A stretch of 64,000 nucleotides of DNA from Alphaproteobacteria bacterium (lineage in GTDB: Bacteria; Pseudomonadota; Alphaproteobacteria; UBA6615). The notes below the pieces were generated by a model. The model was not told where the DNA came from. It saw nothing but the letters and a program-made list of their open reading frames with translations, and ran no database searches. The translations under genes and the position numbers were made by a program. The stretch's first letter is position 1; every line of letters begins with the position of its first letter. Positions 9,240 through 18,801 of this stretch are shown in pieces. The stretch spans positions 234,683-298,682 of the forward strand of contig JAYPPL010000010.1 of NCBI GenBank assembly GCA_038131445.1, written 5' to 3'.

Positions 9240-10280
9240 ATGAGCGAGACGCCCGAAACCGCTCCGCGCCGCCGCTGCCGGTGGGGCTGGATCGTCTCCC
9301 TGTTCGTGTTGCTGCTGATCGTGGCGGCGACGGTCGCAGGCGGCGGCTTCGTGATGCTGCACCGCGCCTATACTGACCCCGGCCCGCTGGCATCCAACAC
9401 CGTGGTGGTGATCCCGTCGGGCTCGAGCGGCCGCGAGATTGTGGGCCGGCTCACGGATGCCGGTATCGCCGCCGATCCGCGCCTGGCGCGTCTGGCGCTG
9501 CGGCTGTTCGCCTCCGAACGGCCCCTTCGCGCGGGTGAGTACGCGTTCCCCGCATCCATCAGCCTGAAAGCTGCGATCGGCAAACTGCAGGACGGTGACA
9601 CTGTCGTGCGCCGGGTAACGATCGCCGAGGGTCTCACGACGCGCGAGGCGCTGGCCGTCCTCAGCCAGGCCGAGGGGCTGGAGGGCAACGCGCCTGAGCC
9701 TACCGAGGTGGGCGAGGGCTCGCTGCTGCCGGAGACCTATCACTTCAGCCTGGGCGACACGCGGGCCGATGTCGTCGCGCGGATGCAGGCCGCGATGCAT
9801 GAAGCGATTGCAACCGAATGGGCCGGCCGTGACGAGGGGTTGCCCCTGGCCTCGCCGGCCGAAGCACTGATCCTCGCCTCCATCGTCGAGAAGGAGACCG
9901 CGGTTCCCTCTGAACGCCCGCGCGTGGCGGCGGTGTTCATCAACCGCCTCAAGCGCGGCATGCGCCTGCAGTCCGATCCGACGGTGGCCTATGGCTTCTC
10001 GACCGAAGAGGGAGAGTTTTCTGGCCGCCTTCTGAACAAGCACCTCGAGACAAACCACCCGTTCAACACCTATACGCGCGACGGCCTGCCGCCCTCGCCT
10101 ATAGCAAATCCGGGCCGCGAGAGTATCGCCGCTGTGTTGCATCCGGCGGAGACGAAGGATTTTTATTTCGTGGCTGATGGTTCAGGCGGGCACGCCTTCG
10201 CGCGTACGCTCGCCGAGCACAACCACAATGTCGCCAAGTGGCGACGCATCCAGCGTGAGCGGAGAAATTCGGCACGCTAG
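9240..10280 (+). CDS. mltG: Endolytic murein transglycosylase MltG (YceG family)
   Basis: 346 aa. N-terminal TM segment, LASIVEKE, LQSDPTVAY, NTYTRDGLPPSPIANPG, and the conserved position after fabF. Confidence 0.9.
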   Translation: MSETPETAPRRRCRWGWIVSLFVLLLIVAATVAGGGFVMLHRAYTDPGPLASNTVVVIPSGSSGREIVGRLTDAGIAADPRLARLALRLFASERPLRAGEYAFPASISLKAAIGKLQDGDTVVRRVTIAEGLTTREALAVLSQAEGLEGNAPEPTEVGEGSLLPETYHFSLGDTRADVVARMQAAMHEAIATEWAGRDEGLPLASPAEALILASIVEKETAVPSERPRVAAVFINRLKRGMRLQSDPTVAYGFSTEEGEFSGRLLNKHLETNHPFNTYTRDGLPPSPIANPGRESIAAVLHPAETKDFYFVADGSGGHAFARTLAEHNHNVAKWRRIQRERRNSAR

Positions 10281-10350
10281 CCGCTCAGGACCGATTGCGG
10301 CACGATAGTCGAGGGGTCATACTTGGCCCATGAATTCCGGGGAGATATCC

Positions 10351-10992
10351 ATGATGAACGTCCGAACCGTTGCGAAGCGCGTACCTGCAGCCTTGACCGC
10401 ACTGCTGGTTCTGGCGATGTCCGCACCCGCCTATGCCCATCATCCAATGGGCGGCGTCACGCCGTCCAATTTCGTCGAAGGCCTGCTGTCCGGCATCGGC
10501 CATCCGATCATCGGCATCGACCACCTGGCGTTCGTGATCGGGATCGGTCTCGCCGCATCCTTCCTCGCGCGCGGCCTGATCATGCCGGCGTTCTTCATCG
10601 GCGCGACGATCCTGGGCACCGGAATTCACCTTCTGGCGGTCGATCTGCCGATTGCCGAAGTCGTCATTTCTGCTTCCGTGTTGCTGCTCGGCGCGATGAT
10701 CGTGACCAAGCGCGATCTGCCGACTGTGCTGTGGGCGGGCCTGTTCGCCGTGGCCGGTATCTTCCACGGCTACGCCTATGGTGAGGCGATCATCGGCGCG
10801 GAGGCGACCCCGCTGGTGGCCTATCTCGGCGGGTTCGCGGTGACCCAGTACCTCATCGCGGCTGGTGCGTTCCTGGTGGCGAAACGCGGTGTGACGATGC
10901 TTGACGCCAAGCCGGTCGAGACGCGGATCGCAGGCGGCTTCGTCGCGGGCGTCGGTTTCGTCTTCCTGTTCTCCGCCGTCTCGCCGTTCTAG
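10351..10992 (+). CDS. hupE: HupE/UreJ family metal (Ni/Co) transporter
   Basis: Signal peptide ending AYA|HHPMGG, then GIGHPIIGIDHLAFVIG and multiple TM segments. The start at 10351 was chosen because GGGGAG lies upstream; the ORF opens at 10330. Confidence 0.8.
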   Translation: MMNVRTVAKRVPAALTALLVLAMSAPAYAHHPMGGVTPSNFVEGLLSGIGHPIIGIDHLAFVIGIGLAASFLARGLIMPAFFIGATILGTGIHLLAVDLPIAEVVISASVLLLGAMIVTKRDLPTVLWAGLFAVAGIFHGYAYGEAIIGAEATPLVAYLGGFAVTQYLIAAGAFLVAKRGVTMLDAKPVETRIAGGFVAGVGFVFLFSAVSPF

Positions 10993-11019
10993 GACGGGCG
11001 GCTTCGGTGTGGGTCCCGG

Positions 11020-11826
11020 TCAGATTTTCTGGCCAGGCTGCGCCATGATCTGCTTCAGCACGGCGTTGTAGCCGCCGAAATCGGTGAAGCCGCCATCGAC
11101 CGCGATGTCGTGGCCGGTGATGTAGCTGGAATCGTCGCTGACGAGGAACAGGACCACCGAGGCGATCTCCTCGGGCTCCGCGCCGCGCACCATCGGCGTC
11201 TGGGCACCCAACGCATCGATGAAATCCTCGGACCCCGCGACGAACGGCGTCATCACCAGTCCCGGACAGATCGTGTTCACGCGGATTCCCCATTCCTGCA
11301 ACGCCATGGCGGCGCTTTTCGACACACCGCGCAGGCCCCATTTGGTGGCGCTGTAGGCCGTCGCGAAATGGCCGGTCAGGCCTGCGATGGAACTGGTGTT
11401 GACGATGGCTCCGCCGCCGCTGTCGCGGATCAGGGGGGCTGCCGTGCGGATGCCCAGGAACGGGCCGGTCAGGTTGACCGAAAGGACCCGGTTCCAGTCC
11501 TCCAGCGAAGTGTTCAGAACATTTCCGCCGCGCAGCGTGACACCGGCATTGTTCACCAGGATATGCAGCGCGCCGAATTCGTCGCGGATGGCGTCGATGA
11601 CCGACGCCCAGTTGCCCTCGTCGGCGACGTCCAGGTGCCGGTAATGCGCATCGCCGCCCGCATCCCGGATGGCCTAGGCGCGTTCCTCACCTGCCTCGTC
11701 CTGCACGTCGGCGAGAATAATCCGCGCAACGTTCTCGGCCAGCAACTGCGCTTCCGCCGCGCCCTGTCCGCCCTCCAGCGCCGCGCCGGTGATAAGCGCG
11801 GTCTTGTTCTCCAGCTTCCGGTTCAT
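11020..11826 (-). pseudogene. Short-chain dehydrogenase/reductase interrupted by one in-frame TAG
   Basis: ORFs 11674..11973 (real start MNRKLENKTALITGAA at 11826) and 11020..11556 share a frame (417 nt apart). The gap translates as AIRDAGGDAHYRHLDVADEGNWASVIDAIRDEFGALHILVNNAG, a normal SDR segment. The only break is TAG at 11674-11676. YSATK and the C-terminal ITGHDIAVDGG are intact. Confidence 0.75.
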
Positions 11827-11857
11827 CGCGATTTTCCCTTGCTTGATCTGTGTGATG

Positions 11858-12589
11858 TCAGTCCCTGAACAGGGACAAGAGCCGCGCGCCAATATACATC
11901 GGCCATGGAAAGGCGATGATGCGCCGGTTGCGGGCAAGTCCCCTGCAAATGATGCGTGCTGCGCGGTCGGCATCCATCAGCATCGGCATGTGAAAATCGT
12001 TCACATCGGTCATAGGCGAACGCACGAAACCCGGACAGATGACGCTGACACCGATCCCGTCCTCGCGGCAGGTCTTGCGCAAGGCCGTCCCGTAGAGCCG
12101 CACCGCCGATTTGCTTGCGCAGTAGGCCGGCGCGTCCGCGAAGCCGTGATAACCGGCGAGGCTGGACATCAGCGCGATCTGCCCGTGCCCGCGTTCGCGC
12201 ATGCGCGGCTGGATCGGCACAACCGTGTTCGCGACGCCTACGACATTTGTGGCGAATATCCGCGACGCATCGGCCTGTGTGCCGCGCGTTGCCTTCCGTG
12301 CCCCGGCGGATATGCCGGCATTCGCGATCACGAGATCGAGCGGCGCGGTTCGGTCGGTCCGGACGATCCAGTCGCGCATGGCTTCGGTGTCGGTTACATC
12401 CACCTGCGCCACGGTGCATTTTGCACCCGCCGCACGCACAGCATCCGCAACGGCTTCAAGGCGTTCGCCATTACGCCCGCCCAGCGCGAGCGTGACGCCG
12501 TCACGGGCATAGGTCTGGGCCAGCACCGCCCCGATGCCGCTCGACGCCCCTGTAATCAGGATGCTGGTCGGAGAATCGTACCTTCCCAT
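11858..12589 (-). CDS. SDR family oxidoreductase
   Basis: 243 aa. ILITGASSGIG, NAGI, and YCASKSAV catalytic motifs. Confidence 0.85.
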   Translation of the reverse strand: MGRYDSPTSILITGASSGIGAVLAQTYARDGVTLALGGRNGERLEAVADAVRAAGAKCTVAQVDVTDTEAMRDWIVRTDRTAPLDLVIANAGISAGARKATRGTQADASRIFATNVVGVANTVVPIQPRMRERGHGQIALMSSLAGYHGFADAPAYCASKSAVRLYGTALRKTCREDGIGVSVICPGFVRSPMTDVNDFHMPMLMDADRAARIICRGLARNRRIIAFPWPMYIGARLLSLFRD

Positions 12590-12710
12590 GTCGGAGCGGC
12601 GCCTCCCGGCCCGGCTTGTTGGTTACCGGACCCCAAGCTATAAGGCGCGCCATGAAAACAACAGTCCCGCAGGCGCTCCGACGCCGCTCCGCCCGCTTTC
12701 GGGGCGCGCA

Positions 12711-13601
12711 ATGACCCTGCAGAGCATGACAGGCTTTGCACGTGAGTCCGGACAGGATTCCCGTTTTTCCTGGACCTGGGAGGGCCGCAGCGTTAACGCG
12801 CGCGGGCTGGACATCCGCTGCCGGGTTCCGGGCGGTCAGGAAGCCGTGGAGCAGGCCGTACGCAAGGTGGCGGACAAGCTGTTCGTGCGCGGCAACGTCA
12901 CGCTGGGCCTGTCGGTGGAGCGGCGGGACCAGTCCGGCACGAGCTATCGGGTAAACCGTGAACTGCTGCAGACCGTCCTCGGACTGCGGTCAGAACTTTC
13001 CGGACAGATTTCCGAGGCCGCACCGAGCCTGGAAGGCCTGCTGGCGATCCGCGGGATGCTGGAAAGCGCCGAGGACAGTGAATCCGATGAGGAGGTGACC
13101 GAGCGCCAGCGTGAGATGATCCGCACCGGCGAGGCGATGCTGGCCGGTATGGCCGGGGCCCGGGCCGCGGAGGGCGCACTTCTCGACGGCGTTCTGCGCA
13201 CGCATCTGGAGGCGCTGGGCGTGCTGGTTGAGGCAGCGGCGGCGTCCGCGGCCGCCCAGCCGGACGCCATCCGCGCACGCCTGCGCGCGCTGGTCGAGGA
13301 GCTGATGCAGGCCGATCCGCGTCTTTCGGAAGATCGACTCGCGCAGGAAGCGGCACTGTTGGTGGGCAAGGCCGATGTGCGCGAGGAACTCGACCGCCTG
13401 CGGGTGCATATCTCGGCGGTCGGGGAATTGCTGGACGACGGGAAGGCCGTCGGTCGGCGGCTCGATTTCCTGTGCCAGGAACTCAACCGGGAGGCCAACA
13501 CGTTGTGTTCCAAGTCGGCGGATGTCGATCTGACGCGTCTCGGGCTCGATCTGAAGGCGACGATCGAGCAGTTCCGCGAGCAGGTCCAGAACGTCGAGTA
13601 G
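12711..13601 (+). CDS. yicC: YicC family stress-induced protein
   Basis: The internal start MTLQSMTGFARESG is the typical YicC N-terminus. The C-terminal RLDFLCQELNREANTLCSKS motif is present, and the conserved pairing with gmk holds. Confidence 0.85.
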   Translation: MTLQSMTGFARESGQDSRFSWTWEGRSVNARGLDIRCRVPGGQEAVEQAVRKVADKLFVRGNVTLGLSVERRDQSGTSYRVNRELLQTVLGLRSELSGQISEAAPSLEGLLAIRGMLESAEDSESDEEVTERQREMIRTGEAMLAGMAGARAAEGALLDGVLRTHLEALGVLVEAAAASAAAQPDAIRARLRALVEELMQADPRLSEDRLAQEAALLVGKADVREELDRLRVHISAVGELLDDGKAVGRRLDFLCQELNREANTLCSKSADVDLTRLGLDLKATIEQFREQVQNVE

Positions 13602-13610
13602 GGGAGGGGC

Positions 13611-14264
13611 ATGGACGACGGCGCAAACAACGGACTCAACATCAGGCGGCGCGGACTGATGCTCGTGCTGTCGTCGCCGTCCGGTGCAGGCAAGACGTCG
13701 ATCTCCCGCGAACTGCTGGAACGCGACGACGATCTGTACATGTCGGTGTCCGCGACGACCCGGCCGCGCCGCCCCGGTGAAGTGGACGGGGTGCATTACA
13801 AGTTTGTGGACAAGACCGATTTCGATCTGATGGTGAACCGGCAGGAGCTGCTGGAATACGCGAAGGTGTTCGATCACTACTACGGCACGCCGCGCGGCCC
13901 GGTCGAAGAGGCGCTGAGCGCGGGTCATGACGTGCTGTTCGATATCGACTGGCAGGGCACGCAGCAGCTCGACGAACGCGCGCGCGAAGACCTTGTCAGT
14001 GTCTTTATCCTGCCTCCGTCAACGGCCGAACTCGAACGTCGGCTGAACACGCGTGCGCAAGACAGTGCGGAAGTGATCTCGAATCGTATGGCAAAGGCTG
14101 CCGACGAGATGACCCACTGGTCGGAGTACGACTATGTCGTGGTCAATCAGAGCTTTGAGGACAGCGTCGCCCAGATTCAGGCAATATTGGCAGCGGAGCG
14201 CCTCAAGCGGACGCGGCAGGAAGGCCTTTCGGATTTTGTGCGTCTACTACGACAGGGGCGCTGA
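13611..14264 (+). CDS. gmk: Guanylate kinase
   Basis: 217 aa. P-loop SSPSGAGKTS, TTRPRRPGEVDGVHYKFV, and DIDWQG. Confidence 0.95.
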   Translation: MDDGANNGLNIRRRGLMLVLSSPSGAGKTSISRELLERDDDLYMSVSATTRPRRPGEVDGVHYKFVDKTDFDLMVNRQELLEYAKVFDHYYGTPRGPVEEALSAGHDVLFDIDWQGTQQLDERAREDLVSVFILPPSTAELERRLNTRAQDSAEVISNRMAKAADEMTHWSEYDYVVVNQSFEDSVAQIQAILAAERLKRTRQEGLSDFVRLLRQGR

Positions 14265-14539
14265 TAGCGCTCTCGGACCGGTCTGATAGAGCTTCTTCCT
14301 CCAGCAGGACCGAGAGTTTCAGCCAGGAGTCGCGCCGGTAGAACGGCAGTCCGAGGCGCTGATACTCCGGCTCATGGGTGCGGTGACGGAACCCTGGGAT
14401 CGAGGGGTCGGCGCGATTCATGGACATATTTCCGGTCATTGTGCGGCCGGTTGTGTTGCCGGCATGCTCGAATATCTTGGTGGATGTTAACCATGTCCGA
14501 CATGGCGGTCACTTCAACAATCCGAAGCGGCCGAACCGC

Positions 14540-15367
14540 CTAACGGCTGTCGAACGCATTGGCGATGGCGCAGAACTGGCCAATGTCCAGATCCTCTGCG
14601 CGCGCATCCTCCGCGACGCCGGCCGCAGCAAGTAATTCGGCGCCCCCCAGCGACGACAGTGCCCGGCGCAGCATCTTTCGGCGCTGACCGAAGGCCGCGC
14701 GTGTTACCAGTTCCAGCGTCTCGCGCCTGGCCGGGGCGCGCGGTTCGCGGCGCACTGTCATGTTCACAACGGACGACGTGACGTTGGGCGGCGGCACGAA
14801 GGCCGAAGCGGGCACGTCGAACATGATCCGTGCATCGGTCAGCCACTGCGATAGGACGGAAAGCCGTCCGTAAGCCTTGGTGCCAGGCGATGCGACAATG
14901 CGTTCGGCAACTTCCTTCTGGAACATCAGGGTAAAGCCGAGAAAGTCTCGCGCATGGATGAGCCAGTCTACCAGCAGCGGCGTTCCGACGTTGTAAGGCA
15001 GGTTGGCGACGATACGCCGAGGCGGTGGAACCGCGGCGGTGAGGTCGTAGCCCAGCGCGTCGGCGTCGATCACCGTCAGGCGGCCGCCGGCGTGATCCGC
15101 TAGGTCATACAGCGCGGCGATGGCGCGCGGATCGCGTTCGACCGCATAGACCTGCTGGGCGGGGCTTTCCAGCAGCGCGCGCGTAAGTCCGCCGGGGCCA
15201 GCGCCGATCTCGATGACATTCTGCCCATCCAGATTGCCGGCAACCGACACGATGCGGCGGGTCAAGTTCAGATCAAACAGGAAGTGCTGGCCGAGTGATT
15301 TCTGGGCCGCGATGTCAAAGCGGCCGACAATTTCACGCAGCGGCGGAAGGCGGCCGGCGTCAAACAC
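14540..15367 (-). CDS. rsmA: 16S rRNA (adenine1518/1519-N6)-dimethyltransferase
   Basis: KSLGQHFLFD, VIEIGAGPGGLT, and NLPYNVGTPLL. The likely GTG start at 15367 overlaps the surA stop (GTGTTTGA) and gives 275 aa. The ORF itself is open to 15436. Confidence 0.88.
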   Translation of the reverse strand: MFDAGRLPPLREIVGRFDIAAQKSLGQHFLFDLNLTRRIVSVAGNLDGQNVIEIGAGPGGLTRALLESPAQQVYAVERDPRAIAALYDLADHAGGRLTVIDADALGYDLTAAVPPPRRIVANLPYNVGTPLLVDWLIHARDFLGFTLMFQKEVAERIVASPGTKAYGRLSVLSQWLTDARIMFDVPASAFVPPPNVTSSVVNMTVRREPRAPARRETLELVTRAAFGQRRKMLRRALSSLGGAELLAAAGVAEDARAEDLDIGQFCAIANAFDSR

Positions 15368-16664
15368 GCAAATCGACGAAGGCTGCGCGGCGCAGGTCTC
15401 GGAGGTAGCGACGCGAAAGCATATCGACCCGCTCACGCAGCAGGGTCTGCCGGATTTCGTCCCGGTCTGGACCGGTGTCGCCCTGGCGCTCGCAGATCAT
15501 CACGATCTGGATGCCGGCAGGCTGGCGGATGGGCGCGCTGGCCTGGCCCACAGGCAGATTGGCTGCGACGGCGCGCAAATCCGTGTTCAGGTCCTTGAGT
15601 TTGAAACTTGCCGGATTGCTGGGCTGTGGTGTTCCGGCCGCCTCAGCTGCGGCGGAGAAATCTTTGCAGCCTCGCACTTTTGCAACCGTCTCACGGGCCA
15701 TGGCCATGGTGGTTTCCACGTCGCTCTGCGGTACGTTCTCGTCCAGCTTGAACAGCGCCTGGCGCAACTGGACGGTGCGTTCACCCGCGCTGGGAGGCTC
15801 GTTGGTGCGCTGGCTGATGAGTGAGAGGATGGTAAAGCCGTCGGCCGTGCTGATCGGCTCGGAGACCTCGCCCACCTTCATCGATGTAATGGCGGTGTTA
15901 ATGGCAGGCTCCAGCCCGCCGGCCTGGATCCAGCCGATATCTCCGCCTGTGGCCGCCGAAGCGCTCTTCGAAAACTGGCCCGCCACGGCCCGGAAATCCG
16001 CACCGTTCCGGATTTGCTGGACCAGGCGGTTTGCCAGTTCTCGTATTTCTTCCGTGTCGGCGGGATTATCGACGGGCAGCAGGATTTCACCCACATGGAA
16101 TTCGGTTACGCCCCGGTTGGCCTCGATCCGCTGGATGACGGTGTCGATTTCCTCCTCACCGATCTCGATGGTCGGGATCACCGTCCGCGAGAGCAGTTTC
16201 TGCCACGCGATGTTCGCGCGAATCTGGTCCGTGGCGGCTTCCAGCGAGATGCCTTGCCGGCGCAGGAAGGTCTCGAAGCCGCCCCGGGGGATGTTGTTGT
16301 TCTGTTCGATATTGCTGACCGCCGATTCGATCTCGCCCTGGGTTACCCGCACATTCAGGCGTTCGGCCTCTTCGGTCTGCAACGCTTCGTCGATCAGCCC
16401 GCGCAGCACCTGGGGCGTGATACGCCGCTGTGTCTCTGCGGTGTTGGGCAGTCCGGACGAGGCAATCAGGATCTGGATACGCTGCTGGACGTCAAAGACC
16501 GAGATAACTTTCTCGTTCACGACGGCGGCAATGCGCTGAACGTCCTGAGCGGACGCGGCGGAAATGGCTGTTGAGAAAACCAGCAGGGCCACAGCCGAAC
16601 CTTGCAGTGCGCTTGTCAGGCACGATGCGGCGCGGCGGGCGAGGTGTCGGGTTGAGGTGGTCAT
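15360..16664 (-). CDS. surA: Periplasmic chaperone / peptidyl-prolyl isomerase SurA
   Basis: 434 aa. Signal peptide, SurA N-domain, a parvulin-like block (GGDIGWIQAGGLEP...GEVSEPI), and the conserved position after lptD. Confidence 0.88.
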   Translation of the reverse strand: MTTSTRHLARRAASCLTSALQGSAVALLVFSTAISAASAQDVQRIAAVVNEKVISVFDVQQRIQILIASSGLPNTAETQRRITPQVLRGLIDEALQTEEAERLNVRVTQGEIESAVSNIEQNNNIPRGGFETFLRRQGISLEAATDQIRANIAWQKLLSRTVIPTIEIGEEEIDTVIQRIEANRGVTEFHVGEILLPVDNPADTEEIRELANRLVQQIRNGADFRAVAGQFSKSASAATGGDIGWIQAGGLEPAINTAITSMKVGEVSEPISTADGFTILSLISQRTNEPPSAGERTVQLRQALFKLDENVPQSDVETTMAMARETVAKVRGCKDFSAAAEAAGTPQPSNPASFKLKDLNTDLRAVAANLPVGQASAPIRQPAGIQIVMICERQGDTGPDRDEIRQTLLRERVDMLSRRYLRDLRRAAFVDLRV

Positions 16665-16665
16665 T

Positions 16666-18801
16666 CTAGAATACCGAAGAGGACACTTGTCCCAGGCCCT
16701 TGAGCGTGAGTCGGAAGATCAGTGATTCCGATGGCGGCACATCGCGGTCCTGTGTGAAGTCGCGTCGGTAGTTCAGCTCAAAGTCCGAACAGTCGCATTC
16801 ATAGCGCAACGCCGCGCCGTAAGACAGGGCTCCGCCTTCGGAGGTTAGGTCGCGGCGGGTATCAACTCGGGCCGACCAGCGTTCTGTCAGCTGGGAGGTT
16901 AGAGCCACCGTCGCTTCCTCACGGTCAGCAAATTCTTCGGTTTTATCGAAGAATGCGTAGTTGAGGTCGAGCCGCAGGGCCCGCGGACCGGCGGACGCGC
17001 CGATCTCGGTTCGGCGTGCACTTAAGGAATCCTTATCGAACCGGGTTTTGTAAAGTAGATCGAAATAGTTATTCGGTGAGACCTGCAGACTGGCGACGAT
17101 ATCGGAAAGCTGGTCTTCGAGGCCCGAACCGGTCTTGAACGGGCTGTCGTCGCGAAACCGGAATGACTGGCCGACGATCAGGGTGGTGCTACCACCTCCC
17201 TCACCGAAGAAACCCGTGCGTAGCCCATACACTGCCCGCTGACCACCTTCGACGCGGTCGGTGCCAGTGAACCGGTTGGCACGGAACAGATTGGTTTCGT
17301 CGAATTCGACCGACTGGCTGTCTTCGTTCGGGATTTCGTCGGGGTTGCCGCCATTTGGTGCGAGAACCAACGCCATAAGGGGTTCGATGATCTGACTGGT
17401 CCGGCCGCTTCGCCGCACCCAGGGGTAGCGCCAGCTGACAATCGCCTGCGGGAATAGACGACCCTCGATACCGCTTTCGGGGCCACGGGCCGTTGTTACG
17501 TCTTCCGCGTTGTAGAGGTCCGCCTGAAGCGATGTGCGAAAGCTGGTAATCGTACCCAGACCATCCGTATGCGAAATCTGCCAGCCGGGAGTCAGGCTAA
17601 ATTTCTGGCTGGATGCTCCCTCGTCGCGGGTCATCGCGCGGACTTCGGTGTCGAGGGTCGTCATGCCACCAAAACTGTTCGGCTCGCTGACGTAATTGTA
17701 GTTAAGCTTGGGCGCTACGAGTGGCGTTCCCGATTGCTCATCGTCCTGGCGAAGGCCTTGGAAGTAATACCCCTCAGCCATAGCGTAGCTGCGTGAACCG
17801 AACCCCTCCACGAAGAGGTGGTTCCGCAGGGTATCGTTGTGGGTAAAGCCGTAGCGCTGTAGGTAGGTGTCGTCGCTGGCCAGCTTGACGTCGAGGCCCC
17901 AGCGCCAGAGATCGTTGATTGAGAAACGGGTCTCGGAATCGATGTGGCCGCGCAGCCGGTTCGTCCCGACCTGCACGCTGTCGCGGGTTGCCGATAGGCG
18001 CAGGAAGTGTTCACCGTCGGCGAAGCGCTGGCGGTACTTGCCCGTAATTACGGGCAGGTTGTCGGTGGAGAAGATCGGGTCGAAGGTAAAGTCCCTTTCG
18101 CGGTCAATCGCCCAGAAGTAGGGAGCCCGCATCGACGAGCCGAGCAGGCTCGATACTCCGAAGGTCGGGATCAAAAAGCCGCTCTTGCGCTCCACGGTGG
18201 GATCCGGGTGACGGAGATAGGGCGTGTAGGCCACGGGGAAACCGAGAAACTCGAGCCTCGCATCCCGATACACGACTTCCCGATCGTCTGCGTTGTGGAT
18301 GATCCGGCGCGCCTTGACCTGCCAGACGGGCTCGCCGTCGTTATCAGTGCAATTCACGCAGGGCGAATATGCTGCGCGGGTTAGTTCGGTCTCGACGCCA
18401 CCGCGCCGCTGGGCGCTTACGGCCGCAAGGCGCGTGTCGTCGGTGAGCAGCATCTTGAAGCCGCGAAGGAAGCCTTCACGAAGGTCTCCGGTCAGTTCCG
18501 CGAACTCCGCAAACAGCACTTCACCTGTGGGTTCCAGAACAACCACATTGCCCGATGCCGTCACTATATCGTCACGCTGGTTGTAAGTTACCGCATCGGC
18601 GTTGAGGACACGTTCGCCCTGGATGATTTCGACGTTGCCCCGAGCCGTGGCCGTGCCCAGGTCCTCGTCGAAATTCAATTCGTCTGCTTCCATAAGGACC
18701 GGCTTCTGGCCTTCCTCCACGCCCTGAGCGATCGCGGGCGTGGCCAGCACGAGCCAAGAGGCGGACAGGACCGCCAGGATTCCCCCGCTCCGGCGCATCA
18801 T
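16666..18801 (-). CDS. lptD: LPS assembly outer-membrane protein LptD
   Basis: Start MMRRSGGILAVLSASWLVLATPAIAQG at 18801 overlaps the lptG stop (ATGA). OstA-like N-domain (LMEADELNFDEDLGTATARGNVEI) and a large beta-barrel region follow. Confidence 0.9.
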   Translation of the reverse strand: MMRRSGGILAVLSASWLVLATPAIAQGVEEGQKPVLMEADELNFDEDLGTATARGNVEIIQGERVLNADAVTYNQRDDIVTASGNVVVLEPTGEVLFAEFAELTGDLREGFLRGFKMLLTDDTRLAAVSAQRRGGVETELTRAAYSPCVNCTDNDGEPVWQVKARRIIHNADDREVVYRDARLEFLGFPVAYTPYLRHPDPTVERKSGFLIPTFGVSSLLGSSMRAPYFWAIDRERDFTFDPIFSTDNLPVITGKYRQRFADGEHFLRLSATRDSVQVGTNRLRGHIDSETRFSINDLWRWGLDVKLASDDTYLQRYGFTHNDTLRNHLFVEGFGSRSYAMAEGYYFQGLRQDDEQSGTPLVAPKLNYNYVSEPNSFGGMTTLDTEVRAMTRDEGASSQKFSLTPGWQISHTDGLGTITSFRTSLQADLYNAEDVTTARGPESGIEGRLFPQAIVSWRYPWVRRSGRTSQIIEPLMALVLAPNGGNPDEIPNEDSQSVEFDETNLFRANRFTGTDRVEGGQRAVYGLRTGFFGEGGGSTTLIVGQSFRFRDDSPFKTGSGLEDQLSDIVASLQVSPNNYFDLLYKTRFDKDSLSARRTEIGASAGPRALRLDLNYAFFDKTEEFADREEATVALTSQLTERWSARVDTRRDLTSEGGALSYGAALRYECDCSDFELNYRRDFTQDRDVPPSESLIFRLTLKGLGQVSSSVF

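Noticed and set aside
8292-10142. 616-aa ORF antisense to fabF and mltG
   Set aside because: It is Arg/Gly/His-rich with no recognisable motifs. It lies entirely opposite two genes with unambiguous homology. Long antisense ORFs are expected in high-GC DNA.
12944-13928. 265-aa and 312-aa ORFs antisense to yicC and gmk
   Set aside because: They are Ser/Arg-rich or Arg/His-rich low-complexity translations opposite conserved genes.
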